A stretch of 64,000 bases of DNA, from positions 480,001-544,000 of the forward strand of contig CAXXTU010000002.1 in the NCBI GenBank assembly GCA_963662655.2. Reading direction: 5' to 3'. Origin of the DNA: Candidatus Cloacimonadales bacterium (GTDB taxonomy: Bacteria; Cloacimonadota; Cloacimonadia; Cloacimonadales; JAIOQZ01). Below are positions 56,987-64,000 of this stretch, in pieces (position 1 is the first letter of the stretch; each line of letters opens with the position of its first letter). The notes under the pieces are model-generated. The model made no database searches. It was not told where the DNA came from and worked only from the letters and a program-made list of their open reading frames with translations. The position numbers and the translations under genes are program-made.

Positions 56987-57101
56987 GATGATCTCCTGAT
57001 TCATAATTATTATAGTACAGTAACATAATAATCGAGAAGAGAATGTCTGTAAAATGGATTAATGTATTTTTCTCGTGAGGAATTGGTTTATGAAAACTTC
57101 C

Positions 57102-58478
57102 TCATGGAGTTTGATTCACATACTCCCAGAGGTCGCCGACAAACCGGTTGCGGAAATAGACGCGATCGTAGGGAGCTTTATCGGGGTAGTTGTTCACGAC
57201 GAAGGTGAAAAGGTAGGTTTTACCATTCTTTGCGACCATCATGCCCGTCATGGCAGCGACGTCGCTCAGTAGGCCGGTCTTGGCCCGTATAATTCCGGAA
57301 ACGTCTTCGAATCCCGGTGTGTCGACGAGCGTTCCTTCCTCGCCATAGACTGGAAGTGAGGAGAGGAAATCGATGCGGAGATGCGGATCGCGGTAGGCGT
57401 ATTTCATCAGATCGATGAACACGGACGCGCTGAGCATGTTCTCGCCGTTGCCGAGTCCGGAGCCGTTGACGATGTCGATTTCGTGGCCCAGCTCTTCGTT
57501 CGCGAAACGCTTGATCAAGGCCAGGCCCTGATCGGGATCTTTCGCCAGCGAATCGCCAATGGTATATTTGAGGGTCTCGGCAATCAGGTTGGATGACCAG
57601 ATATTCATGGTTTCCACGATGTCCCGCAGCGGCTTGGATTCATGCTCGAAGTGAACGATTTCTTCTTGCAGGAACAGCGAATCGGGCAAGTGCCTGCGTT
57701 CGATTGGGGCCGGTTTGTTTCCGAAAACGTGCAGTAACGTTTTTACATAGTGTTCAGTCGGGTGGTGGATCATGCGGGAGAACGTCGATGGCTTTTCTCG
57801 TCCTTCGCCGACCGTTCCGCGAAGCTGGATCGTATCTCCCTGCCCGTTGTCCGCACAACTCACGCTCAGCCTGCGCCGGCTTCCCGCGACTGTTCTCGCC
57901 TGGTTGTCCAGCGAGAAGTAGTTTCCCGGGGTTCGCAGGAAGGCATTCGCTCCCCTTCCCGCCTTGGACGGCGTGACGGAGAATACAACGCTGTTATAGT
58001 TGAGGCAGAGTCCCGATGCGTACGCAAGATAGGCCCTGTCGCTCTTCTCTTGAATTCCTTCGACAGGCCGGAAGCCTGCATCGCCGAACCGGAAGTCGTC
58101 GACGATTACCTTGTTTATATCTCCGATTCCGTGAACCTGGAACCAGTAAGTAAAATTCTCGAAATCTTCGATGACCGTGGTGGGGTCGCCGCCACCCTTG
58201 ATGTACAGGGTATGCGTACCCGGATCGTATCCGAAATCGGTGGAATAGCGGTAGCCTGTGCCCAGGTAGTGCAGCGCAGCCAGGGACGTTAGGAGCTTCA
58301 GGTTGGATGCGAAGCGGAAAGGCTCGTCTTCATTGTGTGATAGGACGGTTTGGTCGTCGTCGACGCAATACACGATATAGGCGACGTCACTTTTCCGCGA
58401 GGGCTTGTAATCGAATTTCGCCGCGTTCAGGCATCCGATCGTAAATACCAAAAGTAGCGGGAGGAGTCTTCTAATCAT
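57102..58478 (-). CDS. dacB: D-alanyl-D-alanine carboxypeptidase/endopeptidase (PBP4, S13)
   Basis: ASNLK (SxxK), GGGDP, SSN, GSGL, AKTG. Confidence 0.9.
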   Translation of the reverse strand: MIRRLLPLLLVFTIGCLNAAKFDYKPSRKSDVAYIVYCVDDDQTVLSHNEDEPFRFASNLKLLTSLAALHYLGTGYRYSTDFGYDPGTHTLYIKGGGDPTTVIEDFENFTYWFQVHGIGDINKVIVDDFRFGDAGFRPVEGIQEKSDRAYLAYASGLCLNYNSVVFSVTPSKAGRGANAFLRTPGNYFSLDNQARTVAGSRRRLSVSCADNGQGDTIQLRGTVGEGREKPSTFSRMIHHPTEHYVKTLLHVFGNKPAPIERRHLPDSLFLQEEIVHFEHESKPLRDIVETMNIWSSNLIAETLKYTIGDSLAKDPDQGLALIKRFANEELGHEIDIVNGSGLGNGENMLSASVFIDLMKYAYRDPHLRIDFLSSLPVYGEEGTLVDTPGFEDVSGIIRAKTGLLSDVAAMTGMMVAKNGKTYLFTFVVNNYPDKAPYDRVYFRNRFVGDLWEYVNQTP

Positions 58479-59232
58479 ATTTCTTCGCGAGGATAATCAT
58501 GTTGTGGGAAACCGATGTGAACGGTCCGCCGTCGAACGAACCGAAGACGTCTTCAATGTGGAAACCGCAGTTCATCAGTAGGAGATTCATGTAGTCGAGA
58601 TCGAGGTCGCGCATGGCGATGGTCATTTCCTGGGACTCGAAGGAACCGTCGTGATGGAAGATGTCGTAGCGATCGTGCCAGGTTCGGGACTTGAACACCC
58701 TGTCGTCCTCCCACGAAGTATAGCAGGCAACGATGGCGTTTCTGGATTCCCACGGAGCCGTGTAGCTGTGTTCCATGTCCGGGGCTTGCCGGTCGTCGAT
58801 CACGGCGGGATCGAGGTCCAGCGCGAGGATGCTGCCGGATTTCAGGTGTCTGCGTGCATTTCGCAGGCAGAGCATCTGTTCTTCCAGGGATTGAAGGAGC
58901 TGGAAAGACGAATACGGAATGAACGCAAAAGCAAAGGTCTCGTCCAGAGCGAATTCCGCCATGCTGGCGCAGATCGTCGTTAGCTTCGGGTGATTTCCCG
59001 CCTTGCGCTTCAGAAGCTCGATCATTCCGGGGGCGTAGTCCAGCGCGGTGACGGTGTGGCCGCCTTCAAGCAGCGGGATGGTTATGCGCCCGCCTCCGCA
59101 GCCGAGTTCGAGGATCGGACCGCCGTATTCTCCGGCGAGCTTCTTCCACATCCCGACGTCGTGCTTCTGGCGAGTACAAACGAGATCGAACTCCCACTCG
59201 TACAGTTCGGCGAAATGACTCCAGTGATGCAT
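58471..59232 (-). CDS. Class I SAM-dependent methyltransferase
   Basis: ILELGCGGGR motif I. Confidence 0.88.
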   Translation of the reverse strand: MHHWSHFAELYEWEFDLVCTRQKHDVGMWKKLAGEYGGPILELGCGGGRITIPLLEGGHTVTALDYAPGMIELLKRKAGNHPKLTTICASMAEFALDETFAFAFIPYSSFQLLQSLEEQMLCLRNARRHLKSGSILALDLDPAVIDDRQAPDMEHSYTAPWESRNAIVACYTSWEDDRVFKSRTWHDRYDIFHHDGSFESQEMTIAMRDLDLDYMNLLLMNCGFHIEDVFGSFDGGPFTSVSHNMIILAKKYD

Positions 59233-59241
59233 GCGGACTCC

Positions 59242-60375
59242 TTACACGACCGTCAATTGCATGTAGCCCATCGAGAATCTTCCGCTCTCCGGGACGAAGC
59301 AGAGAATCTTCTGTCCCTTCTTCAGCTTCCCGGAGTGGAATATCTCGTCGAGGATGATGAAGATGGATGCTGCGCCGGTATTACCCTTATAAGTGAGATT
59401 GGTGAACCATTTTTCGTAGGGGATGGGGAAGCCGATGTCGTGCATACGCTCGAACAGTATCTTGCGGAAATACTCCGATGAATAATGCGGCAGGAACCAG
59501 TCGAAATCATCCGCATTGAGTTGGTGGCGCTCGACGGATGTCTTCAGGGCGCGATTCACGCCGATCTCCGGAATCCAGTGGTTGAGCAGCTTCACGTCCT
59601 GCTTGATGGGGAAATAGTCTTCCTTCACCGCGTCAAGAAGCGATGGCGCGGTTCTCCAGCCGTGGATGGAACCGTCTTCTTTCTTGATCGCGCCGGCGTA
59701 CATGCAGGTTTCGATTTCACCGGCGTAGGAGTGAAGATCGCTCCAGTCGATGCGCAGGGAGAGGGCGTCTTCGTTGGGCCGGTTCTTGATGGTGACGGCT
59801 CCGGCTCCATCGGAAAGCATCCAGCGTAGGAAATCGATGCCGAATGCCATCTCCGGTTGCTTTTCCAGATCGACATCCTCGTCGAGATGGAAACGCTTCA
59901 GGAAATCCGCGCGTAAAAATGTGGAGCACATCTCCGAGCCGGTGGCCGTAGCCTGGGATGCGTTGCCCGTCGCCACGCTCATCCAGGCGTAGTTGAACGC
60001 AGTAACGCCGGCGAGGCATTGTCCCGCCGTGCTCATCACGTGGATGGGGCCCAGGCCGAGTTCGCCGTGAACGAGCGGACCGATTCCCGGCATCACGGTG
60101 TCCGGAGTGGAGGTTCCGCAAGTGATGAGATCGGTTTTCTCGTAATCTTTCAGCTTCCTGATCGCCTCGGCTGCGAGTTGCGCATTGGAATGAGTGAACG
60201 CCCCGGTTTCGGGATCGATCGCGTAATGGCGCAGCTTGATTCCGTTGTTTCGCAGGATGATTCTTCGTGTTCGGGAGGAAAGACCTTCGATGCGTCCCAG
60301 GACGTCCTCGATCCGGTCGTTTCCGATGGGCTCGTTGGGCAGGTAAGATGCTAAATCAACAATGTATGCATCCAT
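59242..60375 (-). CDS. DarB/StlD-type beta-ketoacyl-ACP synthase III
   Basis: NGI..RHYA.D, FLRWMLSDGAGA, FLPHYSS, WFTNL...GNTGAAS, VPESGRFS. Confidence 0.85.
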   Translation of the reverse strand: MDAYIVDLASYLPNEPIGNDRIEDVLGRIEGLSSRTRRIILRNNGIKLRHYAIDPETGAFTHSNAQLAAEAIRKLKDYEKTDLITCGTSTPDTVMPGIGPLVHGELGLGPIHVMSTAGQCLAGVTAFNYAWMSVATGNASQATATGSEMCSTFLRADFLKRFHLDEDVDLEKQPEMAFGIDFLRWMLSDGAGAVTIKNRPNEDALSLRIDWSDLHSYAGEIETCMYAGAIKKEDGSIHGWRTAPSLLDAVKEDYFPIKQDVKLLNHWIPEIGVNRALKTSVERHQLNADDFDWFLPHYSSEYFRKILFERMHDIGFPIPYEKWFTNLTYKGNTGAASIFIILDEIFHSGKLKKGQKILCFVPESGRFSMGYMQLTVV

Positions 60376-61668
60376 TTATCTCGTTTTCCTTTCATGAAAT
60401 CTACGGTATAACTCCGCGAATCGCGAGTAAAAATCTTTCTCAGGCAATCGTGTGGGTACCACCGCGTTCATGTATGTGTAGTAGTCCAGGTCGTGGACCG
60501 TGATCTGGTTCTTCATTTTCCGGAAGAGCGGTGTTCCGGGCATGGGCGTGAGGATGGTGAACACGGGCAACTGGATGTTCATGCTTTCAACGTACGTCTC
60601 GAGCTGCACGAAATTCTTCTCCGAGTAGTCCGGCGACACGATGAAATCGCCGATGATGGTGACGCCCAGTTTGTGGAGGATTTCAACGGCCTGTGGTATG
60701 ATATCCGCCTTGTAATCTTTGTTGAAGCCCGTTAGCTTGTCGTCGCAAATCTCCTCGAAGCCGACAATCGCGAATCCAAGTCCCGCCATCTTCCACTCGG
60801 CAAGGACTTCCTGCTTCTCGATAATCGCGTCGGCCCGGACGTCGATGGCGAACTTCTTTCGGATGTTCCTCGCCTGGATCGACCGGGCGATTTCCAGAGC
60901 CTGATCCGCATCGCCGAATGTATTGGCGTCGACCAGACGAATGACTGGAATCTCCGGTAGCAATTCGATATCGCGGATTACGGACTGCGGGGTTTTGGCA
61001 AAATATTTCCCGCCCGTCATGCGCGGGATCGCGCAAAAGGAGCAAGCGTACGGGCATCCCACGGAGGTTCCCACAAATCCGACAGGCAGGTTCACCCGCT
61101 CCACAATGTATCGATCGCGGTACTGCGAGACAAGATCGTACCGGGGCGGCTTCTCTTCGACGAGGTCGTCGATGGTGTAATTTCTTGGAGTATAAAGCAG
61201 TTCATCTTGCGTAGATGTCTTGGCGATACCAGCAACCGGGTCGGGATCGCCGCTTGCCAGGCGATCGAGCTGCTCGCGCAGGCTTTTCTTGCCCAGCCCG
61301 ATCACGATGTAATCGATCTCCTTGCGGTTGAAAAAATCCGGTTGGTACGTTGGGTGGGTACCGCCTACGAAAACGAGAGCATCGCTATCTCGTTTCACTT
61401 CTGAGGCGAGGCGAAGAACGGTGTTTGCTTCGCATGTAACGGCGGTGAAACCCACGAGCTCCGGCTCGAACGCGGCAAGAGCTTCCGAAAAATCTTCCTG
61501 ACAAATCTTCATGTCCACAATACGGACATCGTGATCTTCCAGATTCCCCGCAAGCTCCTCGAGACCGAGTGGTTCGCCGCGGAAAATCTGCTTGATCGCC
61601 TTGATATCGTACTGTTCTTCAGGAATGCTTTTACCCGCATTCGGCGGATTTACAAGAAGGATCCTCAT
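60376..61668 (-). CDS. Cobalamin-binding radical SAM enzyme
   Basis: EPLGLE.LA, VGGTHPT B12-binding domain; GCPYACSFC; LTPMPGT. Confidence 0.9.
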   Translation of the reverse strand: MRILLVNPPNAGKSIPEEQYDIKAIKQIFRGEPLGLEELAGNLEDHDVRIVDMKICQEDFSEALAAFEPELVGFTAVTCEANTVLRLASEVKRDSDALVFVGGTHPTYQPDFFNRKEIDYIVIGLGKKSLREQLDRLASGDPDPVAGIAKTSTQDELLYTPRNYTIDDLVEEKPPRYDLVSQYRDRYIVERVNLPVGFVGTSVGCPYACSFCAIPRMTGGKYFAKTPQSVIRDIELLPEIPVIRLVDANTFGDADQALEIARSIQARNIRKKFAIDVRADAIIEKQEVLAEWKMAGLGFAIVGFEEICDDKLTGFNKDYKADIIPQAVEILHKLGVTIIGDFIVSPDYSEKNFVQLETYVESMNIQLPVFTILTPMPGTPLFRKMKNQITVHDLDYYTYMNAVVPTRLPEKDFYSRFAELYRRFHERKTR

Positions 61669-61858
61669 ATTATCTCCAATTTTCCATAAACAACAATGCA
61701 ACTTTCAGCGTCAAGCCAAAAGTGAACTGATGCTCAACTTGTACATGTTTTTCGGCGAGGCTCTACCAGAAATTTCATGCTTGTTCTTGACAAACATTCC
61801 AGAATCCCAACAAGTAAATAAAATCAGTAAAATCAAGAAACTTCAGGTATGATAATCC

Positions 61859-64000
61859 ATGAGCGATGATTTCAAAAGGACATTGATGCGCACCAAGATG
61901 CGTAAGCCGGCGGACGCGACGCGCTCCAGAGGGTATTCGTTCGGCGCTGAGGAGAAGGTGTTTCCTCAGCTCGAACCGGGCGATATCATCGAGAATCGTT
62001 ACCGCGTGATCCGCAAGGTGGGCGAAGGCTCATACGGCGCGGTATACCACGTGTTCGATCAGAAGATGGACATCCCTAAAGCGCTCAAGATTTTCGGACG
62101 TCGCGAAGAGAGCTTCCACATTATACCCGAGCTCCGCGACGAAGCACGCATCATGGCCAGAATCAACCACCCCAATATCGTGCGGATATTCGAGTTCAAC
62201 GAAACCGGCGAATATGTATTTCTCGATATGGAATACGCCGAGGGAGGTAACCTCGAGGAGCATCCCCAAGCGATAAGCAGGGACGACAAATCCGTAATCG
62301 AGGCCGCTCTGCAGATCGCAAGGGGACTGAACGAGGCCCACGAGCAGGGCATCGTGCACCTGGACGTGAAGCCCTCCAACCTCCTGCTGGATTCCGCGCG
62401 CAACATCAAGATCACCGATTTCGGTATCGCAGGGCAGCTCGCTCTGAAAATGACCTCGACGGCCGGTACACCCGCCTATATGGCCCCGGAACATCTGGAC
62501 GAAAAGGAAACGGATCATCGCGCGGACATCTTCTCTTTCGGGATCGTGCTGTACGAGCTTGTTCACGGCCGCTATCCATTCAAGCTGGACGAGCAGGGAA
62601 ACTACCGCTACGATGTCCCGCACCACCTGTTCGAAGAAAAGAGCGACCTCAATCAGATTATCCTCAAGTGCATCGCAGCCAATCCGGAGCACCGCTATCG
62701 TGATTTCACGCGTATCATAGCCGATCTCGAAAGCGCGCAGCAACAGGACAAAGCTCCTGCGATGGGGCAGGCTCCGGGCATTCGCAGTTTCTTCCGCGAG
62801 AAGATGAGCGAAATGGGCGAGGACCTCCGCAAGGAAACCCGAACGCTCATGATCCTTCTGATTCTGCTGCTGCTGATAACGCCATTCTATCTTCAAATCG
62901 TTCATAAACTCTCCGATCGGGAGAAGCCGCTTACGATAGAAGGACCGCCGTTGATTCCATCCGTAAATTTCCAAAGCACGCCGCAGCTCACGCTCGACAA
63001 TCTCCAGGAAGGCGATCTCGTGCAGTTTCGCGACCTACGCAAGGGTGGTGAGACGGCATTCGAGTTCTTTTACGGGGGTGAGGAGCCGCTCAATCTACGC
63101 TTCGAGGGTAACAGGATTTTCCTGAACGACAGCCTCGTTGGCGTGCATGTCAGGAGCCGTGATGATTTACCGTTGCCGCGCAATCTCGCGTTCATCCACT
63201 CCGATATCGAACTGGAGCGCGACGATCTGCTCAACCAGGAGCATCCCAACCTCTCCATTCGTTTGGGGGAAGCGGTATCCGCCCGTACGCTGGAGAATCT
63301 CCCGCAATCGACGCGCTTCTTCGATCTGGGCAGGAACGAGAGGATTACCGACCTACGCAGCCTGGACCGACTGCCAAACCTGCGCGGACTCGATTTGCAG
63401 AACGCCGAAACCTTCTATCCGACTGGCTTGAACGAGCTCGATCAGATCAAGTGGCTGAACCTTTCCGGGAACGGCCTGCGTTCCGTTAATGGTTTGCGAA
63501 CGATGCAAACGCTCGAGCATCTGGATGTGAGCCGAAACCGCTTGCAGAGCCTTGCGCAACTGCGCCGCTTACAGCAGCTTCAGAACATCCAGTACGAGGG
63601 GAATCCGCGTTTGCCGGAATCGGATAAAAAGTGGATGGATGAGGTCAATCAGCGATATCTTGGCGAACGAAGCGGCGAGGTTACGAACCGGCGGCAATTG
63701 CTCTGGCAGCGGTCGTCCGGGTTGGAGAAGCTTGTCTTTGGTGTCGCGCTGATTGTTCTGGGCCTGATCGCGTACCAGTTGATCAAGATTCTCGGGAAAA
63801 ACCTTCCCGCGCTCGTGCCTGCGAAAAAAGATAAAACTGAGAAAAGAAAAACAGATTCCAACCAACCGCTTCCGGAGGAATTTCACAATCGCCTGAAGCA
63901 GGCTGAGGATCTGGAGAAAGAGAATAAACAGTGGTCACCGCCGGAGCAGAACGCCCTGCGGACTCTCCATGAACTGGCGGTGGAATACCCGGGCGAACGT
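61859..64000 (+). CDS. Hanks-type Ser/Thr kinase with TM-LRR-TM architecture (3' end outside the window)
   Basis: Missing from the ORF track; manual translation gives GEGSYGAV, ALK, HLDVKPSN, DFG, GTPAYMAPE, DIFSFG, a TM, LRRs (LRGLDL, WLNLSGN, LEHLDVSRN) and a second TM. Confidence 0.9.
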   Translation, partial: MSDDFKRTLMRTKMRKPADATRSRGYSFGAEEKVFPQLEPGDIIENRYRVIRKVGEGSYGAVYHVFDQKMDIPKALKIFGRREESFHIIPELRDEARIMARINHPNIVRIFEFNETGEYVFLDMEYAEGGNLEEHPQAISRDDKSVIEAALQIARGLNEAHEQGIVHLDVKPSNLLLDSARNIKITDFGIAGQLALKMTSTAGTPAYMAPEHLDEKETDHRADIFSFGIVLYELVHGRYPFKLDEQGNYRYDVPHHLFEEKSDLNQIILKCIAANPEHRYRDFTRIIADLESAQQQDKAPAMGQAPGIRSFFREKMSEMGEDLRKETRTLMILLILLLLITPFYLQIVHKLSDREKPLTIEGPPLIPSVNFQSTPQLTLDNLQEGDLVQFRDLRKGGETAFEFFYGGEEPLNLRFEGNRIFLNDSLVGVHVRSRDDLPLPRNLAFIHSDIELERDDLLNQEHPNLSIRLGEAVSARTLENLPQSTRFFDLGRNERITDLRSLDRLPNLRGLDLQNAETFYPTGLNELDQIKWLNLSGNGLRSVNGLRTMQTLEHLDVSRNRLQSLAQLRRLQQLQNIQYEGNPRLPESDKKWMDEVNQRYLGERSGEVTNRRQLLWQRSSGLEKLVFGVALIVLGLIAYQLIKILGKNLPALVPAKKDKTEKRKTDSNQPLPEEFHNRLKQAEDLEKENKQWSPPEQNALRTLHELAVEYPGER

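Noticed and set aside
62030..62974. 314-aa minus-strand ORF
   Set aside because: Antisense to the kinase domain on the plus strand

Overview
Positions 1 to about 30908 are the repressor-proximal part of a Mu-like (transposable) prophage, encoded mostly on the minus strand. It includes the repressor/Ner switch, DDE transposase, AAA ATPase, terminase, gpF-like protein, M15 endolysin, portal, a protease-capsid fusion, tail genes with a G/GT-type -1 frameshift, two Dam-family methyltransferases and a tape measure gene that runs off the left edge. The prophage carries two lower-GC morons and an ~11.8 kb cargo block. The cargo holds two secreted beta-helix proteins with FlgD/T9SS-like C-termini and a vsr / GHKL-histidine kinase / receiver / Dcm / HNH operon. 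The most unusual signal is a set of short (35-98 nt) hairpin or four-way-junction inserts with GNA/GNNA loops sitting inside phage genes. Two are in frame and share a covarying GGCGA-[hairpin]-GAGTCC unit (methyltransferase, tail chaperone). Two break the frame of essential genes (protease-capsid, large terminase). One separates an RBS-ATG from its ORF. Related cruciform repeats occur in host DNA, one abutting the predicted prophage end. The rest (31-64 kb) is host chromosome whose protein C-termini suggest Candidatus Cloacimonadota (inference): amrB, tRNA Gly-Cys-Leu, an ECF-type transporter cluster, trpS, ptsH, rnc, the rpmF-plsX-fab operon, dacB, a DarB-like KAS III with a B12 radical SAM enzyme, and a Ser/Thr kinase-TM-LRR-TM protein running off the right edge. 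All calls come from reading the sequence and recalling motifs; no database search was run.
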